DNA from: a bacterium
Lineage (GTDB): Bacteria > Eisenbacteria > RBG-16-71-46 > CAIMUX01
Assembly: GCA_030431975.1 (NCBI GenBank)
Contig: JAUIHP010000024.1
Location: 5,321-69,320 of the forward strand
Length of the DNA: 64,000 nt
Direction of reading: 5' to 3'
The notes beneath the pieces were generated by a model. It ran no database searches, had not been told where the DNA came from, and was given only the letters and a program-made list of their open reading frames with translations. The translations under genes and the position numbers were made by a program. Positions 47,368 to 57,301 of the stretch are shown in pieces. Within the stretch, counting starts at the first letter, position 1, and every line of letters begins with the position of its first letter.

Positions 47368-48708
47368 TCAAGCAGCCGTTGCACCTCGCGGGGACCGGAA
47401 CTCCCCTCGAAGGGCGAGAAGATAGAACGGCACGAACTGGACGAGCGTCCATACCGGCGGAAGGTGGAAGGCTCCCGTTTCGGCCTGATACCCGTAGGCC
47501 AGATAAGCAAGACCGGCGGCCAGTGAGAGGTAGACCCAGGGCTGGGACGGGAATCGGATGAGGAGCGGGATCATCCAGGTCAGGTACCACGGATGCACCG
47601 TCGGCGAGAGAGCCAGAAACCATCCGAGCACGAGAAAGGCACCGCGTTCCGGATCACGCCGGCTACGCCACGAGCACCAGGCCGTGGCCAGGGCAAAGCC
47701 GAGCAGGAGCATCCAGCGTCCGACACTCCCCAACGATTCGGCCGCCCAGTAGGCTGGGCTGTTGTGGCCCAGCTTCAGCCCAAAGCCAAAGAGGGACGAC
47801 ACGAACCCCACGCCCGCGTCACGGAAAGGAAGCGCAAGGAGAAGCGCTGCCGCCAGAGACACTCCGAGAAACGTCCACCAGCGGGCTCGCGCGAAAAGGA
47901 AGAAGAGGGCGGCCGGCACAAACTTGAATCCGACGGCGAAAGTCCAGGCGAGAGCCGCCCAGATCGATCGTCCGGCGCGAAGCGCGACAAATGCCGACAC
48001 GAGAGCCAGAAGCATCCAGACGTCCAGGTGCCCCTCCCCCGCGAAGGCCAGTACCGGGAGCGGATGCCAGGCGTAGATCCCGACGTGATGGACCGGCCGG
48101 CCTCTCGAGCGGATCCAGAGCCAGATCACACCGATGAGCGCCAGGTCCGCGACAAGACACAGCCACTTCCAAGTCTCCAGCTTGTAGGAAAGAACGACCG
48201 CCATTCGAAAGAGAAGCTGAGCTGCGGGCGGATAGATGGTCGTCCATTCCGGGTGATTGATTCGTTCCGCGTAAGGGTCGGCCGGTGTCAACGACGCACC
48301 TACCGACGGTGAGGTCAGGTACGGATTGATTCCAACGGACTGCGCTCTTCCTTCCCACAGATACCGGTAGACGTCATCCGACGCAGGGATTCCCATGACG
48401 AGCAGGCGAGCCGCGACGGCGACGCACAGAACCCAGGCCAGCCGGAACGTGCGCGATCTTGAATCCCGTGGCCGCTTCGGACTCTCTTCGACGAGCGTCT
48501 GCGCCGGATCGCTGTTAGGCCGGTTCCCGAATCGTCCGAAGACGGACGGCGCCGCGATCCGGAGAAACAGCAGGTAGCCTGCGGTCGCCAAGACATAGGC
48601 GAGCAGAAATGCGCCTCGGTCCTGACCCAGGATGCCCAGACGCCCCAGCCAGGCCAGGCCGAAGAGCAGAAGGATCCCGGCCGGGTAGACGGCGGCGCCC
48701 CGTATCAG
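47368..48708 (-). CDS. GT87/DUF2029-like membrane glycosyltransferase
   Basis: SDDVYRYLWEG, INPY, TIYPP, YAWHPL..FAGEGHLD, LSPTVHPWY. Start uncertain: CTG at 48708 overlaps the upstream TGA, and TTG/GTG lie slightly upstream. Confidence 0.8.
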   Translation of the reverse strand: MIRGAAVYPAGILLLFGLAWLGRLGILGQDRGAFLLAYVLATAGYLLFLRIAAPSVFGRFGNRPNSDPAQTLVEESPKRPRDSRSRTFRLAWVLCVAVAARLLVMGIPASDDVYRYLWEGRAQSVGINPYLTSPSVGASLTPADPYAERINHPEWTTIYPPAAQLLFRMAVVLSYKLETWKWLCLVADLALIGVIWLWIRSRGRPVHHVGIYAWHPLPVLAFAGEGHLDVWMLLALVSAFVALRAGRSIWAALAWTFAVGFKFVPAALFFLFARARWWTFLGVSLAAALLLALPFRDAGVGFVSSLFGFGLKLGHNSPAYWAAESLGSVGRWMLLLGFALATAWCSWRSRRDPERGAFLVLGWFLALSPTVHPWYLTWMIPLLIRFPSQPWVYLSLAAGLAYLAYGYQAETGAFHLPPVWTLVQFVPFYLLALRGEFRSPRGATAA

Positions 48709-50267
48709 CGGGCGGTCGCCAACTCGGTTCGTCCCGGGCGCGGCAATGACCGCCACCAATGGATCAAGGAGAGCGAACCGACGGTCAGAAAACCTGTCGC
48801 ATTGAGAAGGAGAAACGGCATGACGGCCCACTTCCCCACCTCGCCGTACTGGTAGAGCGTGTAGAAACCGTAGAGGCCCAGAACGATCTCGATGAAGTGG
48901 CTGATCCGCGGCGGAATTCGGTAGACGCGCCGGCGAGTGCCCACGGTTGCGCCGCCTTTCCGTGCGTCGGCGCCTCGTCCGGTTTCCACTCCATACTTCG
49001 GGGTTCGAACGAATCCACTCTTCCTTCCACTCACCGCTTCGAGGACCGCCTTGGTGTTGTTCACGGCGATCCCGACTCCGATGGCGACGAGCACCGGCAG
49101 GATGAGGATTCTGCGTTTCCAATCGGCGTAGGCAACGCGTTGCGAACAGAAGTAGAGAATGGACGGACTGAAGGTCGAGAGGAACAGGAAGGCGCCGGTC
49201 ACGATGAGCAGCGGGCGCGAGAAAGAGTAGTCACTCAGTCGTAGCGCCGGCAGTGCGCAGAGGGCGGCGGTCAACATGAGCGGATGAATGAGATAGTGCG
49301 TCAGGTGAAAGACTGCTTCCAGCTTCTTGAAGAGCGGCACAGGTTGTCGGAAGACCAGTGGGAGAATCTTCATCGCGGTCTGGATGCTGCCCTTGGCCCA
49401 CCGATGTTGCTGGGATTTGAGACCATTGATGTCGACCGGCAGCTCGGACGGCGTCACGACATCGACGAGATACTTCATTCGCCAACCGGCCAACTGCACC
49501 CGGTAGGAAAGATCGAGATCTTCGGTCAGCGTGTCCGCTTCCCATCCCCCCGCATCGAGCACGGCCGTCTTCCGCCAAAGTCCGGCCGTTCCGTTGAAGT
49601 TCATGTAGAGATCGTTCCAGGTCCTCGCCCCCTGCTCGATGACGAAGTGCCCGTCGATCCCCACGGCCTGCGCCTGCGTAAGCAGAGAGTAGTCCCGATT
49701 GACATGGCCCCAACGCGTTTGGACCATGGCGATCTTCTCGTGTTGTTCGAAGAAGGGAACGGTACGACGTAGGAAATCGCGGGGCGGGATGAAATCGGCG
49801 TCAAAGACGGTAAGGAACTCTCCCTTGGCGGTCGCAGTGCCTACATTCAGGGCGCCGGCTTTGAAACCTTCCCGGTTTTCCCGGGTCAGATGAACGATGT
49901 CGACGCCACGGCGACGGTAGTCGTCCACGATCTCGGCGACCAGGACACGGGTGTCATCCGTGGAGTCGTCCAGGACCTGGATCTCGTGCCGGCCCTGCGG
50001 ATAATCCATGGCAACGACGGCATCGATGAGGCGGCGGACGACGTAGCGTTCGTTGAAGATGGGAAGTTGGGTCGTGATCCGTGGCAAGTCCGCGTCGGTG
50101 CGCCCGGACTGCGCGTAGGCTTTGAGAAAGGCCTGGTCGGCGGCGGCTTGACCTTTGCGTTTCCGGAAGAAGAGCCCGAGCATGACGTAGCAATTCACGC
50201 CGTACACGAATAGACCCAGCGATGCCAAACCATAGAGTGTGAGAAACGTGTACTTCAGCAGGTCCAT
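48705..50267 (-). CDS. GT2 processive glycosyltransferase (cellulose synthase-like)
   Basis: QLPIFNE, LDDSTD, GFKAGAL, FDADF, TEDLD, QQHRW (QxxRW), TM helices. Confidence 0.92.
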   Translation of the reverse strand: MDLLKYTFLTLYGLASLGLFVYGVNCYVMLGLFFRKRKGQAAADQAFLKAYAQSGRTDADLPRITTQLPIFNERYVVRRLIDAVVAMDYPQGRHEIQVLDDSTDDTRVLVAEIVDDYRRRGVDIVHLTRENREGFKAGALNVGTATAKGEFLTVFDADFIPPRDFLRRTVPFFEQHEKIAMVQTRWGHVNRDYSLLTQAQAVGIDGHFVIEQGARTWNDLYMNFNGTAGLWRKTAVLDAGGWEADTLTEDLDLSYRVQLAGWRMKYLVDVVTPSELPVDINGLKSQQHRWAKGSIQTAMKILPLVFRQPVPLFKKLEAVFHLTHYLIHPLMLTAALCALPALRLSDYSFSRPLLIVTGAFLFLSTFSPSILYFCSQRVAYADWKRRILILPVLVAIGVGIAVNNTKAVLEAVSGRKSGFVRTPKYGVETGRGADARKGGATVGTRRRVYRIPPRISHFIEIVLGLYGFYTLYQYGEVGKWAVMPFLLLNATGFLTVGSLSLIHWWRSLPRPGRTELATAR

Positions 50268-50354
50268 GAAGACTTCTGCTCCCTAGTCGGAAACGACAGG
50301 ATGGTTGCGGGATAGAAAGGCCAAGTCAAGGTAGAATACGAAGATGGACCGACA

Positions 50355-51917
50355 GTGGGACCAAAAACCGTGAACCGTGAATCCTACGGTAAAGAGTCTG
50401 CCCAGGCCGCGCGGTCCGAGCGGCCCGTCCGTCCGGTCGGACCGGATCAACCGGCGCAGGTTCGGGCACATGACATCCCCGCCGAAGTGCGATCCATCAT
50501 CGGGACTCTTCGGAACGCCGGAGGACAGGGTTGGGTCGTGGGAGGCGGAATCCGCGACCTTCTGCTCGGTCGGCCCGTTCGGGACTGGGACGTGGCCACG
50601 GACCTGCCGCCCCAAAAGCTGACCACCCTCTTCCCCAGGACGGTGGAGGTCGGAGCCCGGTTCGGTACGGTCGTCGTCATCGGAGAGCACGGCGAGTACG
50701 AGGTCACGACGTTCCGGCAGGACCAGGGGTACAGTGACGGCCGACATCCGGACGCCGTCCGCTACTCCACCAACCCCGAGGATGACCTCGCGCGGCGGGA
50801 CTTCACGGTCAACGCCATCGCCTTCGAACCCGAATCCGAGACCTTGCTGGATCCCTTCGGTGGATTGTCCGACCTGAAGGCCCGCCTTCTGCGCACCGTC
50901 GGTCGTCCCGACGAACGCTTTCGCGAGGACGGGCTTCGACTTCTTCGCGCGGTGCGTCTGGCATCGCAACTGGACTTCGACATCGATCCTGCCACGTTGG
51001 GTTCCCTCGTCCGGAACGCCGATCGCCTCGATGCCATTTCGGCGGAGAGGGTGGCCGCAGAACTCGACAGGATCCTGACGCAGGATGGCGCAGCTCGGGC
51101 GCTGGAACTGCTTCTCGAGACCGGACTGCTTCGGAAGATCCTTCCCGAGCTCTCGCACTGCTACGGAGTCAGCCAGAACACGTTCCACGCATTCAGTGTC
51201 TTCTACCATTTGTTGGCGGCCGTCGACGCCGCCGAGTCCTCGGACCGCATCGTCCGTTGGGCCGCACTCTTTCATGACGTGGGAAAGCCGGAGACGCGGG
51301 AAGAGACAGAGTCTGGGACCAGGTCGGATACCGGGACGGGAGCGAGGACGGCAACGGAGACAGGCACAGGCTCCGGAACGAAGACGAAGACGGGACGCAA
51401 GGTCACGTTCTATTCGCACCAGGTGGTCAGCGAGAGACAGGTCCGCGCCGCCTTTGACCGGCTTCGGTTGTCCAACCTGGACAAAGAAACCGTGGCTCAT
51501 CTCGTCGAGCATCACATGTTCCACTACACACCGGACTGGACGGACGGCGCCGTTCGTCGCTTTCTGCGCACGATCGGTGAAGAACACATCGACGCGCTCT
51601 ATCGCCTGCGGCGCGCCGACACCTTGGGGAATGGAGTCCGGACGCGGGTGGCTCCGGAACTCGCCATCCTACGGGGACGCATCGATCAGGTGCTGGCCGA
51701 AGACGCTGCGCTTCACGTCCGCGACCTGAAGATCGGCGGGCACGATCTCATGAAAGAGTTCGGTCGCGGGCCGGGTCCCTGGATTGGGGAAACGCTGCAG
51801 CATCTTCTCGGGATCGTCCTCGACGAACCGGCAGAAAACGAACGGGATCGACTGCTGGAGCACGCCCGTGTGTTCCTGGCCAACGAACAGAGCGAGGGAA
51901 CCTCGTCCTCGTCCTAG
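50355..51917 (+). CDS. CCA tRNA nucleotidyltransferase with HD domain
   Basis: VGGGIRD..DWDVAT, EVTTFR, DLARRDFTVNA, RFREDGLRLLRAVR, ALFHDVGK. Start approximate. Confidence 0.92.
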   Translation: MGPKTVNRESYGKESAQAARSERPVRPVGPDQPAQVRAHDIPAEVRSIIGTLRNAGGQGWVVGGGIRDLLLGRPVRDWDVATDLPPQKLTTLFPRTVEVGARFGTVVVIGEHGEYEVTTFRQDQGYSDGRHPDAVRYSTNPEDDLARRDFTVNAIAFEPESETLLDPFGGLSDLKARLLRTVGRPDERFREDGLRLLRAVRLASQLDFDIDPATLGSLVRNADRLDAISAERVAAELDRILTQDGAARALELLLETGLLRKILPELSHCYGVSQNTFHAFSVFYHLLAAVDAAESSDRIVRWAALFHDVGKPETREETESGTRSDTGTGARTATETGTGSGTKTKTGRKVTFYSHQVVSERQVRAAFDRLRLSNLDKETVAHLVEHHMFHYTPDWTDGAVRRFLRTIGEEHIDALYRLRRADTLGNGVRTRVAPELAILRGRIDQVLAEDAALHVRDLKIGGHDLMKEFGRGPGPWIGETLQHLLGIVLDEPAENERDRLLEHARVFLANEQSEGTSSSS

Positions 51918-51937
51918 CCCAAGTCCAAGTCCTAGTC

Positions 51938-52660
51938 CTAGTCCGACGGACCGAAGAAGTTCGTCGGACCAAACGAAATCGCTTCCTCGCTGTAGAACGC
52001 CTCTCCGTACTCAACCCCGATGAAGAGTCCGTAGTAGCTGCGCAGGACATCGAGAGTGTGCAGGATGGGATTCTTCTGTTTCTGAATCGCCATCTGCGTT
52101 TCGTAGGCAAGGATCGAATCCCGGGCGCGATCGATGACGGAGGTCACGTCGACGACGATGTTCGGCATCTTCGACTTCGGGACCATGTAGTAGTAGAGGT
52201 AGGGCACGTCATGCGCCGGGATCTCCGGCATGACCGACTTGAAGCGGGCCAGCTTGACGCCGTCGCGGACGAGGAGCCCGGTCGCGAAGTGATCGACGTT
52301 GGCCGCCCCGTCATGATGTCCGTGCGGATTCGTGTGGTAGGGAGCAAAGACGATCTTGGGACGAGCCTCGCGAATCATCCGTGCGATCTTGAGCTTCCCT
52401 TCCTGATCGACAGTGACCGCTGTGTCGGGAAAGTCCGACATGTACGGTGTGGACCCCAGAACCTTGTTGGCCGCCGCAAACTCGCGTCGCCGGATCTCCG
52501 TGGTGCCGTACGTCCCCTTCTCGCCGCGGGTCAGGCAGATGTTGAGGACGCTCTTCCCCGTTTCGACCAGGCGAATGACGGTGCCAGCCATTCCCATTTC
52601 GACGTCGTCGGGATGGGGACCGATGACGACGACGTCATAGGTCCCGGTGATCTCATCCAT
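51938..52660 (-). CDS. PIG-L family N-acetylglucosaminyl deacetylase (BshB1-like)
   Basis: GPHPDDVEMG, LTRGEKGT, VDH, AYETQ, YGEAF. Confidence 0.85.
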   Translation of the reverse strand: MDEITGTYDVVVIGPHPDDVEMGMAGTVIRLVETGKSVLNICLTRGEKGTYGTTEIRRREFAAANKVLGSTPYMSDFPDTAVTVDQEGKLKIARMIREARPKIVFAPYHTNPHGHHDGAANVDHFATGLLVRDGVKLARFKSVMPEIPAHDVPYLYYYMVPKSKMPNIVVDVTSVIDRARDSILAYETQMAIQKQKNPILHTLDVLRSYYGLFIGVEYGEAFYSEEAISFGPTNFFGPSD

Positions 52661-52782
52661 ACTTTTGGTCCTTCGTCGGGAGGCGGCGATGCGCTGGGCC
52701 GCCGCGATTTTGCGATTCGTGACCGGCCATGATATCGGCTCTCAGCGATTCGTCCTAGGAGGACTGCGGAAAACTCCCGGGG

Positions 52783-55620
52783 CTACGGCCCGTTGGAACC
52801 AACCCGTTCCGTCGGATACGACTTTCGTCGGCGCGGGGCCGGCGCTTTGTTCTCGTCCAGACGGTCGATTTGCCCCATTAGCTTTCGGCGGAGGTCATCC
52901 GGCAGCGGGCGCGGCACCTTTCGCTCGGCGACCTGTGACGGCTCGGCACCGACGTCCCCTCCTGCACCGGATCCCAAACCGGATCCCGCGCCGCTCCCCT
53001 GGCGTCCTGCGGGCCGGCCAGTGTTTTCCGCCGCCTCGGCCGAACTGACAGCTTCGCCGCTCGTGGCATCGCCGGGAGTTCCGGAAATCGCGGCGGTTCC
53101 CCCCGCTCCGGACGCCTTGGCGAGGAACGCCTTCGCCCGCTCGGCCCGGATTCCTTCGAGCGGAACCTTGGGAACGTAGTCTTCCAACCCGAGGACCGCG
53201 TGCAGCAGGACGAGGGCGGCTTCCTTATCTGGGATCCGTCCCTTCGTGAAGGCGTCGGGATCGTTGGCATAGCTCGGAGCGAGAGGCGCACCCACGCAAC
53301 TGGGACATCCTTCCTCGCAGGGACATCCCAGAATGAGTTCGCGCGCCGCATCGAGAATCTCTTCCAGCTTGTGGAAGGCACGCCGACCGTAGCCAAGTCC
53401 GCCCGGATACTTGTCGTAGACGAACGTCGTCGGACCTTGCGAATTGCGCATGTCGACGACGGTGCCGAGATCGTGCGCGTCGCACATGACGTGCAGCGCG
53501 ATGACCTCGCAAAGAACATTGGCGATGCCGACCATTCCATCCACGGGAACCCGACCCTGATCCAGAACTTTGCGCAGGACCGGAGCCGTCGGAACGAACC
53601 AAAGTGCGGTCGTGTGGAGTGTCGTGTGCGGAAGATCGATCTGTCCGTAGCCGAGCGAATCGCGCGACCCGAACTTGATCTTCTTGAACATGGTCACCTT
53701 CTCGTGAAGGGAACACTCGCCGAAGAATCCCGTCGACTCCGCGACCGGGCGTTCCATGTCGGCTTCCGGAGCGTCGATATGACTGTCACTGACCGACTGC
53801 GTGTAGTAGTCGACATCGGACTTGTGCAGATAGGCCACCCGTTCACTCAAGTCGAGTTCGTCGACGAAGAAGGTCTCGCCGTCATGCATGTAGATGGCCT
53901 GCGGATGAACCTGCGTAAACGCGGACGGCTCGTCGATGGTTCCGATGACGAAGTTGGCTCCGTCCGTCGTGTCGAGCAGGGTGTACTCGTTCTCTCCGGA
54001 ATTCCGAAGAGAGAACGAACTGGCCGGATACTCCTGATCGGTGTGGAACCAACGACCCCGAACCAGACGCAGATGATTGTGGTCCTGCAACAGATCCAGA
54101 ATGGCGGGAGCGTACGGTCCGTAAGACTCTTCTTCGTCGACCGGAATCGGGACTTCGAAGGCGGCGCAGCGAAGATGATTGAGCAGGATGTGCGGGTTGC
54201 CGCGGTCGAGAACGGCGCCTTCCGGATTGTTCGAAAAGAAATACTCAGGGTTCTGCATCAGGTACTGATCGATGGGCGCGTTGTGCCCGACCAGAATGGC
54301 CACCGACTCGGACTGGCGGCGCCCGGCCCGTCCCGCCTGCTGCCAGGTCGAAGCGATCGTACCGGGATAGCCGACCATGATCGCAACGTCGAGTGAGCCG
54401 ACATCGATTCCCAACTCGAGTGCGTTCGTCGAGATGACACCCAGGAGGTCCCCGTCGAAAAGTGCGGACTCGATCTTGCGCCGCTCTTCCGGCAGGTATC
54501 CCGATCGGTAGGCTCGAATGCGCTTGGCCAGTCCTCCACCTGCCTTCTGCAGATCATCCTGCGCGTAACGCAGAAGGACTTCCGCAAGAAGGCGAGCTTT
54601 GACGAAAGCGATCGACTGGTAGCCCTCGCGAATCAATCGAACGAAGAGATCCTTCGCTTCGATGTTGCTGCTGCGACGCTCCATGCCGGTGTTGCCGAGA
54701 TGCGGCGGATTCCAAAACACGAAGTGCTTCGTTCCACGAGGTGAGCCGTCGTCGTCGACGACCTTGACCTCTTCGCCGATCAGTTCCTTCGCGAGGTCGC
54801 CGGGATTGGAAATCGTCGCCGAGGCGCAGATCCAGACCGGATCGGCTCCGTGATGCCTGCAAAGCCGACGGAGTCGGCGCAGAACGTTCGCGACGTGAGA
54901 GCCGAAGATGCCGCGGTAGACATGAATCTCGTCGATGATGACGTAGCTCAGCCGGGCAAAGAACTCCGCCCAGCGCGCGTGGTTGGGAAGGATGCCCGCG
55001 TGCAGCATGTCGGGATTGGTCAGAAGCAGGTTGGCTTCGTCCCGTAGTCGGGTCCGCAAGGAAGTCGGCGTGTCTCCGTCGTAGGTGCCGGCGCGGAAGT
55101 CCAACCCAGACGGCCCGGCCAGTCCCAACTCCGACGCTGCGGCCAGCCCCGGCCCCGCCATTCCGCCGCCTCCACCTCGCCCAGTGCCTTTGCGCGAGGT
55201 TCGGCGAGCCGGGGGCATCAGGTCCTGTCCTTCGGGAAGAAAACGGCGCAGCACTTTGAGCTGATCCTGGGAGAGCGCCTTCGTCGGGAAGAGATAGAGC
55301 GCGCGCGCCTTCGGGTCCATGGAGATGCGCTCGAGCACCGGAAGGTTGTAGCAGAGACTCTTGCCGGATGCCGTTCCCGTGACGACGACCGTGCTCTCTC
55401 CCCGTCGGATGTGATCGACGGCGTGGGCCTGGTGGCGGTAGAGCTTCTCGATTCCCTGCGCCGCAAGCGGTCGGGTCAGAACATCGGGCAAAGGATGTTC
55501 CGGATCGGCATAGATCGGATCGCGTGACGGACGAGTCTCGTGATGGACCATCTGCCCGCGTTCGCGGGCCAGGTTCTCGATCAGATCGATGAGCGGAAAG
55601 GCGTCGGGTGAATCGGTCAT
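52783..55620 (-). CDS. DEAH-box helicase with DUF1998 (MrfA/YprA/SftH/Hrq1 family)
   Basis: LYRHQ, TGTASGKS, PTKALSQDQ, TNPDMLH, DEIH, SATI, TNALELGIDVG, QQAGRAGR, CPCEEGCPSC. Confidence 0.94.
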   Translation of the reverse strand: MTDSPDAFPLIDLIENLARERGQMVHHETRPSRDPIYADPEHPLPDVLTRPLAAQGIEKLYRHQAHAVDHIRRGESTVVVTGTASGKSLCYNLPVLERISMDPKARALYLFPTKALSQDQLKVLRRFLPEGQDLMPPARRTSRKGTGRGGGGGMAGPGLAAASELGLAGPSGLDFRAGTYDGDTPTSLRTRLRDEANLLLTNPDMLHAGILPNHARWAEFFARLSYVIIDEIHVYRGIFGSHVANVLRRLRRLCRHHGADPVWICASATISNPGDLAKELIGEEVKVVDDDGSPRGTKHFVFWNPPHLGNTGMERRSSNIEAKDLFVRLIREGYQSIAFVKARLLAEVLLRYAQDDLQKAGGGLAKRIRAYRSGYLPEERRKIESALFDGDLLGVISTNALELGIDVGSLDVAIMVGYPGTIASTWQQAGRAGRRQSESVAILVGHNAPIDQYLMQNPEYFFSNNPEGAVLDRGNPHILLNHLRCAAFEVPIPVDEEESYGPYAPAILDLLQDHNHLRLVRGRWFHTDQEYPASSFSLRNSGENEYTLLDTTDGANFVIGTIDEPSAFTQVHPQAIYMHDGETFFVDELDLSERVAYLHKSDVDYYTQSVSDSHIDAPEADMERPVAESTGFFGECSLHEKVTMFKKIKFGSRDSLGYGQIDLPHTTLHTTALWFVPTAPVLRKVLDQGRVPVDGMVGIANVLCEVIALHVMCDAHDLGTVVDMRNSQGPTTFVYDKYPGGLGYGRRAFHKLEEILDAARELILGCPCEEGCPSCVGAPLAPSYANDPDAFTKGRIPDKEAALVLLHAVLGLEDYVPKVPLEGIRAERAKAFLAKASGAGGTAAISGTPGDATSGEAVSSAEAAENTGRPAGRQGSGAGSGLGSGAGGDVGAEPSQVAERKVPRPLPDDLRRKLMGQIDRLDENKAPAPRRRKSYPTERVGSNGP

Positions 55621-55712
55621 ATCGTTCCCTTGATGTCAGTCTCCGGATCCCTGGAGAGGTCGCCTCATCGGGCAGGATGTGGAGCGAGGATACTCCAAGC
55701 CGCGGCACGGAA

Positions 55713-55726
55713 GGAACAAATGTTCG
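55713..55726 (-). promoter_or_regulatory. LexA box upstream of the DUF1998 helicase
   Basis: Minus strand CGAAC-ATTT-GTTCC, upstream of a TATCCT -10-like hexamer (55692-55687). Confidence 0.75.
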
Positions 55727-55752
55727 TGGGGCTGTCTCGGGATCTCGGACCC

Positions 55753-56808
55753 TCAGACGTCCCGAAGATGCACGTCCAGTCGCGCCAGCGTGACCAGGTC
55801 TTCCCGGTTGTGGCGAAGGACGCGGACCATGTCCTCTTCCTCGCCCGTTCGGACGTAGTCGTGATAGGCCTCGGGAATCTCGCCCCCTGGCAGGTCCCGA
55901 TACCGATAGCGCTGAAAGAGAACCGACTCCAGCGTCTGAAGCTTGCAGTTGGGGAGCACGCCCTTGTACACCCGGCGGGCAGCGTGCAACAGGTCGCGAT
56001 GCTCATCCGGCTCCGGAAGGACGAGTCGGTGGTAGAGTGCCCGATTCCGGAGGAACGGATGGTCGAAGGACTTCCCGTTGAAACTGACCCAGGCTTTCTC
56101 GACCTCACCGTGGTCTCCGAACGCTTCCAGGATCGACTCTTCCTCGGCATAGTCCCGCGCCAGTAGTTGAATCACGGCCCAGCTCGATTCCCACCGAACC
56201 ATGATGCCGATCAGAAAGAGCGGATGCCCGTGAAAGCCGCAGGTCTCGAGGTCGAAGTAGAGACCATCGTTCCCCAGCCCGGAGAGCTCCGGATCGCGGG
56301 AAAGGTCGCCGAGACGGTGGACGATCCGGCAGTAGGCGCCGTCGGGAAACTCGACGGCCGCATCGGGAAAGGCTTCCCGGATCGAGGCTTCAGAACGTGG
56401 GTCGAACGGCAGGCTCTCCGGATCATCGCGAAACCGAAAGGCCTCGGACCGGTCGAGAACCGTGGTCGGCAAGGTGTCGAGCGTATCCCTGCGCCCCCGC
56501 CTCTTGGCGCGAGGTGCCTGGAAACCGGGCAGACCGTCGAAGAGCGTGGGAGACTCAACTCGCTGGGAAGAGGCCGAGGCGTTTTTCGACGTTCGCCCTA
56601 CCGCCGAGGTGTGCGCGCCCCGCGCCCCGTCACCGTTCGGTCCGAGTTCTGAAGACTCCGCCTCTCGCAGGTCGAACGAGCCGTCTGACGCCTCCGGCCC
56701 ATCTTTCCGGGCGCGACGTCGTGAACGGCCTCGCCCCCGCGCAAATGGGTCGTCGCCGCGCCATTCCAGAATCGAATCGATGTCGTCCTGTTCCCGACGG
56801 TCCTTCAC
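55753..56808 (-). CDS. RNase_H_2 / YprB (MrfB-like) DEDD exonuclease
   Basis: YFDLETCG, FLIG, SFNGKSFD.PFL, HRDLLH, LQTLE, RHNREDL. Confidence 0.88.
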   Translation of the reverse strand: MKDRREQDDIDSILEWRGDDPFARGRGRSRRRARKDGPEASDGSFDLREAESSELGPNGDGARGAHTSAVGRTSKNASASSQRVESPTLFDGLPGFQAPRAKRRGRRDTLDTLPTTVLDRSEAFRFRDDPESLPFDPRSEASIREAFPDAAVEFPDGAYCRIVHRLGDLSRDPELSGLGNDGLYFDLETCGFHGHPLFLIGIMVRWESSWAVIQLLARDYAEEESILEAFGDHGEVEKAWVSFNGKSFDHPFLRNRALYHRLVLPEPDEHRDLLHAARRVYKGVLPNCKLQTLESVLFQRYRYRDLPGGEIPEAYHDYVRTGEEEDMVRVLRHNREDLVTLARLDVHLRDV

Positions 56809-56891
56809 GGGTATCCATCCCCTGGAATCACGGTTAGCATGCGGTCGAGTTCCGTCCCCAGATCACCTTCCTGGCAATGCTCGGAGGAATC

Positions 56892-57167
56892 GTGTCATCA
56901 CCGCATTTCCACGCCATCGTACGGGGCAAGGTGCAGGGTGTCTACTTTCGTGACACGACCCGGCAGACAGCGGAAAGGCTCGGCATCACCGGCTCGGCGG
57001 TCAACCTGCCGGACGGGACGGTACGCGTCGAGGCATACGGTCCCCGTCCGGCCCTGGAGGGTCTCGTCGAGTTTCTTCACCAAGGCTCTCCCCAGTCCCG
57101 TGTCGACGGCGTCGAGATCGAATGGCATGACGGCGAAACTCCGCCGCCTCGTTTCACAACCGGCTAG
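56892..57167 (+). CDS. acyP: Acylphosphatase
   Basis: VRGKVQGVYFR, G.AVNLPDGTV, GSPQSRV. GGAGG lies before GTG 56892. Confidence 0.93.
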   Translation: MSSPHFHAIVRGKVQGVYFRDTTRQTAERLGITGSAVNLPDGTVRVEAYGPRPALEGLVEFLHQGSPQSRVDGVEIEWHDGETPPPRFTTG

Positions 57168-57301
57168 CTCGCTGTTCCGACTTGTCCACAAGTGGACTCG
57201 GGCCTTCCGTTTCGTGCTTCAAAGAGGATTGAGTGCGAAGATTGGTCCACCGGACCGAACTAGGCTGAAAATCCGTATGGGGGTATCCGTAAACAAGGGA
57301 A

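Noticed and set aside
52783-55620. DUF1998 helicase as a DISARM/Druantia defence system
   Set aside because: Its partner is a YprB exonuclease, and no methylase or other defence genes are present, which fits MrfAB repair.
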